From positions 1-57,682 of IMG/VR virus record IMGVR_UViG_3300047276_000505: a stretch of 57,682 nt of DNA; one strand, 5' to 3'. The DNA is from a virus (taxonomy: Duplodnaviria > Caudoviricetes). Positions 46,301-54,553 of the stretch are shown here, piece by piece. The position numbers and the translations under genes were made by a program. The notes beneath the pieces are model-generated. The model was not told where the DNA came from. It ran no database searches and worked only from the letters and a program-made list of their open reading frames with translations. The stretch's first letter is position 1. The number at the start of each line of letters is the position of its first letter.

Positions 46301-47155
46301 ATGACAAAGACCCTTGCTACCCTTTGGGATGCCTTTCTGGAAGAGCGTTCCATTTCTTTGTGCCCGACAAGCCTTACCTCTGATTACCGGCAGGTTGGTA
46401 AATGGCTACGTCGTTGTCCTGTTCAAGACATCAACGAAGCACGCAAAATCATGATTTGGGTACTTGGTGAGAAGCCGGTACTTTCTTCAAGACGTGTGGC
46501 CATGTACACAAAAACGATGTTTCGTTGGGCAGCACAAGAAGATGTTGGGTATCTGGAAAAGAATCCTTTGGCAAGTTTTAAGATGCCAAAAGCTCCACAA
46601 AAAGATGAAGAAATTATTGTTATACCGCGTGCTGAAGTTGGATTAGTACTTGCAGCCTTGGAGGCAAAACGAACTTACCGAAATGTCAACTGGGCTTGGT
46701 ACACAGAGTTTATGCTTCAAACTGCTATGCGTACAGGCGAAGTACGAGCACTGCGTTGGGACGATATCAAAGATAATAAAATCCTGGTACATTCCAACTG
46801 GACATTGACGCACGGCCTAAAAGACAGCACTAAAACAAACAAGAAACGGTGGGTACCGCTTAACAATAAGTGTCAGGAAATCCTAACAAAACTTCCGCAA
46901 AATGAAGAATACGTTTTCCCTTGGGACCGCCTTGCGTTTCAGAGTTATTTCAGAAAAAAGCTAACACCTCTCCACAATGTACAGTTAATTTCGCATTTAT
47001 ATCGTCCATATGATTGTCGACATACAGCCATTAGTCGATGGATTGAAGCAGGTATTCCTGTGCCACAAGTCGCCTCATGGGCTGGAAATACTTCAGAAAT
47101 TATTTTCAAGCATTACTGCAACAGCACCAAAGAATATGAGATGCCAGAGTTGTAG
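46301..47155 (+). CDS. Tyrosine recombinase/integrase
   Basis: TAMRTGE, TKT, YDCRHT, AGN...KHY catalytic residues. Confidence 0.9.
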   Translation: MTKTLATLWDAFLEERSISLCPTSLTSDYRQVGKWLRRCPVQDINEARKIMIWVLGEKPVLSSRRVAMYTKTMFRWAAQEDVGYLEKNPLASFKMPKAPQKDEEIIVIPRAEVGLVLAALEAKRTYRNVNWAWYTEFMLQTAMRTGEVRALRWDDIKDNKILVHSNWTLTHGLKDSTKTNKKRWVPLNNKCQEILTKLPQNEEYVFPWDRLAFQSYFRKKLTPLHNVQLISHLYRPYDCRHTAISRWIEAGIPVPQVASWAGNTSEIIFKHYCNSTKEYEMPEL

Positions 47156-47174
47156 AATATAGAAAAACTAGATC

Positions 47175-47492
47175 ATGTCTGACACCTACACTTGGGGCAT
47201 TGCTAACCTTGAACGCCATCTTTCTGATGGTATTGTTTACACTGTTCACTGGACTCTGTCCGCAGAACGTAACGTTGGTGATAACACCTATAACGCTGGT
47301 GCTTACGGCTCCTTAGGCCTTGCCGCTCCAGAAGGAAACGTTATTCCTTACGAGGATTTAACTCCTGAAATCGTCATTGGTTGGACGCAAGACGCCCTGG
47401 GTGAAGAAAAGGTTGGCGAAATGGAAGCAGCTTTGTCTGCAGCCCTGGACCAACAAGAAAATCCCACCGATGCATCTGGTGTGCCTTGGTAA
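47175..47492 (+). CDS. Tail-fibre-associated small protein
   Basis: YTWGIANLER...VYTVHW...IPYEDLT...GVPW, a family I recall following fibre genes. Confidence 0.75.
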   Translation: MSDTYTWGIANLERHLSDGIVYTVHWTLSAERNVGDNTYNAGAYGSLGLAAPEGNVIPYEDLTPEIVIGWTQDALGEEKVGEMEAALSAALDQQENPTDASGVPW

Positions 47493-47526
47493 TTTTTGTT
47501 ATACTTTTTGAAGTTATTGTTTCGTT

Positions 47527-47700
47527 ATGGCTTGCAAAAAGGCTGACCTAATCAGCGCTATCAATTCATTTGGTTCGGCTCGTGCTACTGGTGATCTCAA
47601 TCTCATTAATTATGCTGGTCGGTTGATTGGTGAATTGATTGATAGCCTTGAGTTTGCACCAGAAGAGTCAGAAGAAGCTGCAGAAGAAGCCGCTGAGTGA
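47527..47700 (+). CDS. Small protein (57 aa, MACKKADLISAINSF...)
   Basis: Translated by hand; TATACT upstream. Confidence 0.65.
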   Translation: MACKKADLISAINSFGSARATGDLNLINYAGRLIGELIDSLEFAPEESEEAAEEAAE

Positions 47701-47742
47701 AAAATAGACCTGGCCTAGAGTTGTACTAACGACTCTGGGTCG

Positions 47743-48855
47743 ATGTCTATAAAACTTACGGATGCTGCCAAGTTCTTCAAAGAAGAACAACACCAGATCG
47801 ACGCATGGAATTGGCTCCAGGGCACTCTCTCCGCAGAGACCCTGGAGACTTTTGCGTTTAAGTACCGTGCCGCAGCAAAAGAAGATCCCAAAACAATCAA
47901 CACTTGGGACGGTGTGCACGCTGCTGCAAAGAAAGCGGGGGCTAAATTTCCTGAATGCGTTTGTGCACAATGGGCACTTGAGTCAGGCTGGGGTAAACAT
48001 TTTTCTGGTACCTGGAACGCATTCGGCCTGAAGGGAAGTGGTAGCGCTGTTAGTACCAAGGAGTTTGTCAACGGTCAGTGGATTACAATCACGGCAAGTT
48101 TCATTGATTTTCCTGACTTAGAGACCTGCATTGTCTACTTGGTTGACCGCTGGTACAAAGACTTTGGTAAATACAAAGGTGTTAACCGTGCAACCAGTAG
48201 GAATGAATGTTGTCAACTGTTGGTGAAGGAAGGATACGCTACAGATCCTGACTATAGTACAAAATTAATACAGATCCTTGACCGGCAACTTGGTACGCCA
48301 GGTACTTCAGTCCCAGCAACTGACACCAAAAAGATCCTTAATGTACCTTATGAGTACCAGTTGGATAACCAGTCAGGCACTGGATACCGCGAATGTTTCT
48401 CGTCGACATGTGCCATGATCGCACGCTATTACGGCAAGGTTAAGAGCGACGATGAGTACAACAAGATCCGTGCTAAGTACGGAGACACAACCAGTAAGGA
48501 TGCTCAGTTAACGGCACTGCGTAGCCTAGGACTTGTGGCCAGGTTTATTACCAACGGCAATGCTGCGTTATTGGAAAACGAGATCCGTAACAACAGGCCT
48601 GTAGCCGTTGGTTGGTTACATAAGGGCACCGTCTCTTATCCAACTGGTGGTGGCCATTGGACTTGCTGCATTGGTTTCACGCCAGATTCGTTTGTCTTCA
48701 ACGACCCGAATGGGGAAGCCGACATGATTAACGGTGGTTACGTCAGCAATAGCTCCAAGTCAGGTGCAGGTGTAAAGTACAGCCGTAAAAATTGGCTTAG
48801 GCGCTGGGAGTGCGACGGCAAGAATACAGGATGGGCAATCCTTGTGACGAAATGA
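47743..48855 (+). CDS. Modular endolysin: glucosaminidase (GH73-like) plus C39-like peptidase
   Basis: AQWALESGWG, NAFGLK, GYATDPDY; then QLDN...ECFSSTCAM, GGGHW, FNDP. Confidence 0.85.
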   Translation: MSIKLTDAAKFFKEEQHQIDAWNWLQGTLSAETLETFAFKYRAAAKEDPKTINTWDGVHAAAKKAGAKFPECVCAQWALESGWGKHFSGTWNAFGLKGSGSAVSTKEFVNGQWITITASFIDFPDLETCIVYLVDRWYKDFGKYKGVNRATSRNECCQLLVKEGYATDPDYSTKLIQILDRQLGTPGTSVPATDTKKILNVPYEYQLDNQSGTGYRECFSSTCAMIARYYGKVKSDDEYNKIRAKYGDTTSKDAQLTALRSLGLVARFITNGNAALLENEIRNNRPVAVGWLHKGTVSYPTGGGHWTCCIGFTPDSFVFNDPNGEADMINGGYVSNSSKSGAGVKYSRKNWLRRWECDGKNTGWAILVTK

Positions 48856-49013
48856 AATGCAAGAAAGATCCGCACATCCGCGTCAACATGTGCTGGGAAG
48901 TAAATGGCGAAAAAAAGTGCGTCACTCTACATAAGAACAACGCATTTGCAACTCGTGATTGGGTAGAAGAACAGGGTGGAACAGTGTGGTGGTTTGTTCC
49001 CTTACAAGATTAA
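48852..49013 (+). CDS. Small protein (53 aa)
   Basis: ATGA coupling to the endolysin. Confidence 0.6.
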   Translation: MKCKKDPHIRVNMCWEVNGEKKCVTLHKNNAFATRDWVEEQGGTVWWFVPLQD

Positions 49014-49201
49014 GTTTTTGTGTAGTTTGATCTTGCATTTTTCAAAGTTTTAATGGCTTCTTCTTTGGTTTTAAAATAGCCCAGTTGCTTTGTGGCAAGT
49101 TTGGCTTTCCATCGTTTGCGACAATTCATATAAAAATAACACCCTTTTGGTTGTTGAACTCTTTTTTGTTTTCTTACATTTTCAGCAAAAGTTAATATTT
49201 G
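49010..49201 (-). pseudogene. Remnant of an HNH-AP2 endonuclease C-terminus
   Basis: QILTFAENVRK...KGCYF...RWKAKL..KQLGYFKTKEEA, preceded by an in-frame TGA; AT-rich. Confidence 0.6.
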
Positions 49202-49278
49202 TCATTCCATGAAAAAACACCTCCAACACAATAGCGCGTTTGAGGTGTTCGCTGTGGTTCCAAACTTTGCCTGATTGA

Positions 49279-49443
49279 TCAGCGCTGCTTGGCGCGACCG
49301 ATCACAAGTCCTGCGATCTCGATCAACTTGTAGAGCTTACCCACAAGATTATCGTCTTTAGGCGTGGGAGTTAAAGCGCAAATGGCAGATGCTGCGGCAT
49401 GAATAGCCAGAGCAACTTCGAGATACTGGTTAAGGTGTTCCAT
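49279..49443 (-). CDS. Small holin-like membrane protein
   Basis: MEHLNQYLEVALAIHAAASAICALTPTPKDDNLVGKLYKLIEIAGLVIGRAKQR, with a TPTPKDD motif. Confidence 0.65.
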   Translation of the reverse strand: MEHLNQYLEVALAIHAAASAICALTPTPKDDNLVGKLYKLIEIAGLVIGRAKQR

Positions 49444-49698
49444 GGGCATATTCCCGTTTCTTGTATTCTAACGGTCAAATATATTTTCTTCTTGCACTGA
49501 GAAGAAATCTTCCCAATCTTTTTCGGTAGCTTCTGTAATATTTGGACTTTTGTATTTGCTTTCTTCCTTTGTTTTCTTTTGATTGTCTTCAGACATCGTA
49601 AATACGGCAGCAAGGAGCACTTGGATTCTTTTTACAATAACGCTCCCAAGCCACAGTAGGCGTGCTTTGTTTTTTAAACAAAGACAAGAAAGTTTTAA

Positions 49699-50616
49699 TC
49701 ATGGTCTATTCGTCAATGGAATAAACAGATCCGGGAATCGATCATCAGGGTGATGTTGTGCGATCCAGGCGTCTTTCCATTCTGACAGTGTATGGTCGTG
49801 AATTGTCTCCAAGTATCCTTCTCCAAACTCAAGCAGGAAGTAATCATTGGCAACATCGACGCCACTGCCCGACTGTTCACCGATCAACCATTCAGAGCCA
49901 TCTAGAACTGTGACAGTAACGCCAGAGGTGATTTCACAAAGAGTTTGAGTAAAACCATTGGGCCTACCTGGCTCGTTGGAAATAATCGTGTCGACTGTAA
50001 CAGGTGAGTCAACCGTTACAGTTGTAACAGGATCAACTGTTGTGTCCTGGAGATAAAGCGTAAAGTCTTCCAGTGCCAAGTACAGCTCGGACTGAACAAA
50101 CTCAACAACAACGCCAACGGAATAATCAAGGCGTTCATTACGTGTAGATGACACACAAAGTAAGTAGCTTCCCTCTGGTAGTGGGTAGTAACGGTCGTCA
50201 CCACGATCCAGGCGAATCCTGTCGTATGTATTGTATAAATCCGACTGGGTACTCATGACAGTATCCAGATACGGAATATAAATTTCTCCCGTAGTTAAGC
50301 TTCTTCCTTCCGTAATGGAGTCGGCTTGGAAAATAGCCCGTCCGTTAATTGGCGTGATATTTAGATCATAAACAGAGGTTTGAATGTAGTTAGGCCTTGG
50401 GCCACCTTTGGCGACAATAATCCAGGCTGGACGAATTAAGTTGATTTGAAACCAATGGTTATAGGTGCCACCGCCATAACCATTCAATTCAACCTGGTTA
50501 ACAGGGCCAAGAGTACCTGTTAAATAACGCAGAGCAAGATCACCAAAGGTACCAAGGACCAATGGATTTTCTTTTGAACGTTGACGTTGATTGATTTGGT
50601 TTGAAACCCTAGACAC
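49699..50616 (-). CDS. Hypothetical beta-rich protein (305 aa)
   Basis: Long ORF. Confidence 0.7.
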   Translation of the reverse strand: MSRVSNQINQRQRSKENPLVLGTFGDLALRYLTGTLGPVNQVELNGYGGGTYNHWFQINLIRPAWIIVAKGGPRPNYIQTSVYDLNITPINGRAIFQADSITEGRSLTTGEIYIPYLDTVMSTQSDLYNTYDRIRLDRGDDRYYPLPEGSYLLCVSSTRNERLDYSVGVVVEFVQSELYLALEDFTLYLQDTTVDPVTTVTVDSPVTVDTIISNEPGRPNGFTQTLCEITSGVTVTVLDGSEWLIGEQSGSGVDVANDYFLLEFGEGYLETIHDHTLSEWKDAWIAQHHPDDRFPDLFIPLTNRP

Positions 50617-50636
50617 TTCTACCCAACAATCCCTAT

Positions 50637-51290
50637 TTATTCATTGTACTCGGGGCGAGCTTTGACAAATTCAGGGTTGGCAATAGGGTTCTTGTGGGTT
50701 TTACGCACAATAGTTTCGATTACATCTTGCTTCAATCCTTGGCTATACAACATCAGTTTTTCAGCTTGGAACTGAAGTTCGCAAGGAACAATTGTCTGTG
50801 GTGGATAGTTCCTGTTAAAGCTGGAAACCATGTGCAGTGGATTGCAACACCGCTTGTTCCCGCACAGACGTGTCACGACCATGGTGCCAACATCACCCCA
50901 AGCACACTGGTATATAGCCTTGTGCATGTTGACGTTCTCCGACTTCTGTTTGCTGTACTCAGATCGGTAGGACGGAAGGCAAACACGTTTAGGTGTCGTC
51001 CTGATGTCCCAGCATTCATCAGGGAAAGTGACGTTGACCTGTGCCCAGAGCTTGGCGTACTTGTGTTTGTAGTCGGCATGCAAATAGTTGATGTCAAATC
51101 CACAGACGTTACTGAGGATCTTCTTTGCACACTCGTAGCACCAATGGTGGGTGGAGTCACGGATGACGTGGTTATGGGGGCATGGGAACCCCCGGTAATA
51201 ACCAAGGTCGTTGAGCTTTGCTTCCGGTAGTTTCTCAATGCCGTCAACGTGCCGGAACTGAGCTGGTACCGAGTCGATCAGATTGGCCAT
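50637..51290 (-). CDS. Cys-rich protein with a zinc-binding-loop HNH-like domain (start MANLIDSVP)
   Basis: CPHNH..CYEC; DECW...TRLCGNKRCCNPLHM. Confidence 0.7.
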   Translation of the reverse strand: MANLIDSVPAQFRHVDGIEKLPEAKLNDLGYYRGFPCPHNHVIRDSTHHWCYECAKKILSNVCGFDINYLHADYKHKYAKLWAQVNVTFPDECWDIRTTPKRVCLPSYRSEYSKQKSENVNMHKAIYQCAWGDVGTMVVTRLCGNKRCCNPLHMVSSFNRNYPPQTIVPCELQFQAEKLMLYSQGLKQDVIETIVRKTHKNPIANPEFVKARPEYNE

Positions 51291-51291
51291 A

Positions 51292-51678
51292 TCAAGAATC
51301 AAGCGGTTCGAGTTTGAAGTCGTAATACCAGTCTGTTTTGCGACGGTTGCGACGACTGGGTTGTTTACGGTCTTTGCGTTGTTCCAGGACCATCTCGCCG
51401 GGCTTTTCATCCTTTGGTGATTCGGGCCGCAGCACATCCGCGTTTCCTGGGTCTTCGCCAGTACGTAAGTAGTACACGAGACGGTGGGCGTGGTACCTCG
51501 TGCCCTTAATGGACACAACGTAATAACGGCGGTGGTGCTCCAGGAACCCTGCCATCTCACCAGCAGCGTGATGCCCGTTGGTCTCAACCCACTCCAAACC
51601 ACTGGGATGGTCGTCTGAAAGCTTGAGTTTTTTTTCCAGCTCTGGCAGCGGAGGCATGGGTTTGTACTGACGTGCCAT
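51292..51678 (-). CDS. Degenerate HNH-related protein, paralogous to the N-terminus of 1293..1835
   Basis: PSGLEW...AG...YHAHRLVYYL...DPG; the HNH DH motif is lost. Confidence 0.65.
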   Translation of the reverse strand: MARQYKPMPPLPELEKKLKLSDDHPSGLEWVETNGHHAAGEMAGFLEHHRRYYVVSIKGTRYHAHRLVYYLRTGEDPGNADVLRPESPKDEKPGEMVLEQRKDRKQPSRRNRRKTDWYYDFKLEPLDS

Positions 51679-51947
51679 GGAATTCAGGTGGAAATGTGTA
51701 CTATACCACGGGTTTAGGGCGGACTTTTGGGACTTTACTTTATTTCTATTCCTTTATTAGTCCAAATGACACTTTGAAGGAAAGTGTAATGTCTCACTCT
51801 GAGTCTCAACCTAAGAAATTACACTTTCATCCATAGTGTTATTTAGGCCATAGAGGGTTTAGAAACCCACTAAAGCACTGTTTTTTGCACTAAAGTCCGA
51901 CTCCAGCCCACCTCACCTAAGTCTTGAACTGAGACTAAGTCCCCATG

Positions 51948-51976
51948 AAAAAGCCCCCTGGTTTGACAGGAGGCTC
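51948..51976 (-). terminator. Rho-independent terminator after the glycosyltransferase
   Basis: AAAAAGCCCCCTG-GTTTGA-CAGGAGGCT on the plus strand. Confidence 0.6.
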
Positions 51977-52005
51977 GTTCCCCATGCGGATCGTCCGACC
52001 AGAGC

Positions 52006-53268
52006 TTAGACAGTTGCCAGTTCTTTGGCTGCTTTCTTCGCCTTTCCTTTCTTTTTCTTCGGCTCCACCAGTACTTCAGGCTCGGGAGGGTTCAATGCCT
52101 CTTGGAACACCCCATCAAATTGAGCAGCGACCGTATCCCAGTTGAACTGGTCGTCAGTCACGCGGATGTAGCACAGCTCTGCAACGGCATCCAGCTTGTC
52201 GCGGTCCTCGTAAAGCTCGGTGAGAATTTCTGCAAGGTGGGCGTCGGAGGGACAGGGCATCTCCCGTGCGTAGTTGGTATCCACGTCAACGTGGTCGCAG
52301 CGGATCAGGCGTCCATAGCCCTCAAAGATTTCCTTGCAGGAGGTATGGTCAGGCACCACTTGGGCCACACGACAGGCTGCGTGCTCGAAGTTCACCAGTC
52401 CCCAGCCTTCCCCTTTACAGGTATTGACACCCACATCGACCGCTTGGTAGATAGTCTCCAGCATGTCCACAGGTACGGACGGCGGTCCTGGATTAGGAGA
52501 GGTCATGATCAGCCGACCGTCTGCTTCCAGTCCACGCTTAGCCATCTCCTTCCCAAAGACCGGCATCACATCCCAGCCCTGATCCTTAGTCCCCATATGG
52601 AGGTAGAGCTGAGCATCCGGCTTGTCCTTGGCGAACTCAGCAAAGGCACTGATCGTGATGTCGATCCGTTTGCGGAACTGGTTCCTATTTCCGTTGAACA
52701 CAATGAATGAGTCTTCTTTGAGACCCAGCTTCTTACGTGCCTCCAGCTTGTCGCCAGGCTTGAATTGACCTGCCGTCACGCCATGGGGAACAACATGCAC
52801 AGGCTTCTGGATACCACCCCGAATGAATTCGTGTGCACCAAATTCCGTATACGAGACAATCCCATCCCAGTTGTTGGCGGTATCAGCCAGGCTTCCGATC
52901 CACCCATAGGAGTCCATTGGCATGTAGCCCACAAACTTAAAGAGTCCCTGCTGGTGCAGATCAGCAATCTGACCGTACTGAGCATTGATGATCCAGCAGT
53001 CATTAATCGTGAACACCACGTCAGGACGTTCACGCTCTACGATTTCGCGGATGCGTTCCTCACCGAAGGGCGCCTGTTGGAACCGGTTGGATGCTGGGTA
53101 CATCTTGAAGCGTTGCTGCATGGGATCCGGGTCCCCATACCAGTTGCAGCCCAGCACCACAACTTCATACTTATCTTTCAGTCTTTCAATGACGTTGTGG
53201 GTAACGCGTGCAAAACCAGTGGTTGCAACAATGTCACCAACCCATAAAAGCTTTGGTTTTTTGTCCAC
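52006..53268 (-). CDS. Glycosyltransferase, GT4/GT-B fold
   Basis: TGFARV, PHGV, NRNQFRKRID, GEGWGLVNFEHAAC (EX7E). Confidence 0.9.
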   Translation of the reverse strand: MDKKPKLLWVGDIVATTGFARVTHNVIERLKDKYEVVVLGCNWYGDPDPMQQRFKMYPASNRFQQAPFGEERIREIVERERPDVVFTINDCWIINAQYGQIADLHQQGLFKFVGYMPMDSYGWIGSLADTANNWDGIVSYTEFGAHEFIRGGIQKPVHVVPHGVTAGQFKPGDKLEARKKLGLKEDSFIVFNGNRNQFRKRIDITISAFAEFAKDKPDAQLYLHMGTKDQGWDVMPVFGKEMAKRGLEADGRLIMTSPNPGPPSVPVDMLETIYQAVDVGVNTCKGEGWGLVNFEHAACRVAQVVPDHTSCKEIFEGYGRLIRCDHVDVDTNYAREMPCPSDAHLAEILTELYEDRDKLDAVAELCYIRVTDDQFNWDTVAAQFDGVFQEALNPPEPEVLVEPKKKKGKAKKAAKELATV

Positions 53269-53353
53269 AGTAAATCGAATTATTCTCGATTAACTATACA
53301 CAAACCAAAGGGTTTAACGACAGTAGACTGAGTAAATATAGAAGTAGTAATCA

Positions 53354-54220
53354 ATGCTTGCGGGTAAGTACGACGAATTGCTGCAAGAGTCTTTAGAGGG
53401 TATTGGCGGTGGCGCCATGGCTGGCGTTGGTTTACTGGGAGGAAATGTCCCCTTATCTCAAGTAGGTATTCAAACTCTTGCTGCAATGGCAGGCGGCGTT
53501 GGTGTCGGAATGTTGGGAACAAGACTTGGCGCAGCCCTTGGAAAACGATTACACCCTCAAGCCTTGAAAAATCAAGCAGGGCCAATTGCGACCTTTGGTA
53601 GAGGCGCGGGACAAAAAACTTTGATCAGTGGACCCGCCGAGATAATGCGTTATGGAAAAGGCCAGATTAAGCAGGAATTACGTGAACAAACAACTTCTCA
53701 GTTGATGGATCAAGCTTTGCAGAATCCACAAGCTTTTGCAAATAAATACGGTGTAGATGCTGAAATGTTTAAAAAGTATCAAAGCTCGGTCTCGATGGCC
53801 GGACAAGGAAGAGCTTTAATGGAAACACTAGAGCGCATACCTCCAGAAGCGAAAAAAGAAATGGCGGGCAATGTTCGCGAATTAATGAATCAAGGTTTTA
53901 ATCAAGTCGAAAACCTTATTAATACACAAGCCGCTTTGCGAATGGATGACAACCTTGCAAAAATGGCAATGTTACAAAAAGGAAAAGTCTTGCCCGGTAC
54001 CAATATTGATCTTGGTAGCGCTTTTGAGAGCTTGTTAAAAGATCCGCAGGTAATTACAGGAGAGCATGTTGGACGTGCAGTGGGCCGATTTATTGGCGAT
54101 GAAATAGGTATTATCGGAGGATTAACAGCCGGAGGAGCCTTGGCTGGGGCCGTGGGAATAAAAAATGATAAGGACAAAAAAATTGAAGAGTTAGAGCGTC
54201 AACTTGGAAGGAGTTACTGA
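53354..54220 (+). CDS. Gly-rich putative membrane-active protein, oriented against its neighbours
   Basis: Glycine-zipper segments at both ends; starts MLAGKY. Confidence 0.7.
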   Translation: MLAGKYDELLQESLEGIGGGAMAGVGLLGGNVPLSQVGIQTLAAMAGGVGVGMLGTRLGAALGKRLHPQALKNQAGPIATFGRGAGQKTLISGPAEIMRYGKGQIKQELREQTTSQLMDQALQNPQAFANKYGVDAEMFKKYQSSVSMAGQGRALMETLERIPPEAKKEMAGNVRELMNQGFNQVENLINTQAALRMDDNLAKMAMLQKGKVLPGTNIDLGSAFESLLKDPQVITGEHVGRAVGRFIGDEIGIIGGLTAGGALAGAVGIKNDKDKKIEELERQLGRSY

Positions 54221-54553
54221 TCGCAACAACTCTTTCTCCTCCGTAGTTTTGGCTTTCAGTTTTGTCTGGAGGAACTGAGCAGCCTTATGCGTATTTGTTG
54301 TATCCCCGCAGGTATAGAGGTCGATGGCGGCATAGCCCAACTCCGGCCAAGTGTGGATACTGGCGTGGGATTCAGCTAAGAGTGCAAGCAACGTCACACC
54401 CTGTGGCTGAAACTTCTCACCAAAGATCCGGAGGATGGTTGCATTCGACATGCGTAATGCAGTTTCCAGGTACTCCGAGAGCAGGTCGTAGTTGTCCAAG
54501 ATTTCTGCATCGCAGTCGTACAGATCCAGGATCATGTGGCGCCCATTAGACAT
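54191..54553 (-). CDS. speD: S-adenosylmethionine decarboxylase proenzyme
   Basis: GRHMILDLYDC, FQPQGVT, LAESHASIHTWPE, DLYTCG. Confidence 0.93.
   Translation of the reverse strand: MSNGRHMILDLYDCDAEILDNYDLLSEYLETALRMSNATILRIFGEKFQPQGVTLLALLAESHASIHTWPELGYAAIDLYTCGDTTNTHKAAQFLQTKLKAKTTEEKELLRSVTPSKLTL

Noticed and set aside
41842-47155. Diversity-generating retroelement or invertible tail-fibre shufflon
   Set aside because: No reverse transcriptase, template/variable repeat pair or inverted alternative fibre ends were seen.
51291-51602. N-terminal extension of ORF 50637..51602
   Set aside because: It overlaps the upstream gene 51292..51678; the ATG at 51290 directly after that stop is the more plausible start.
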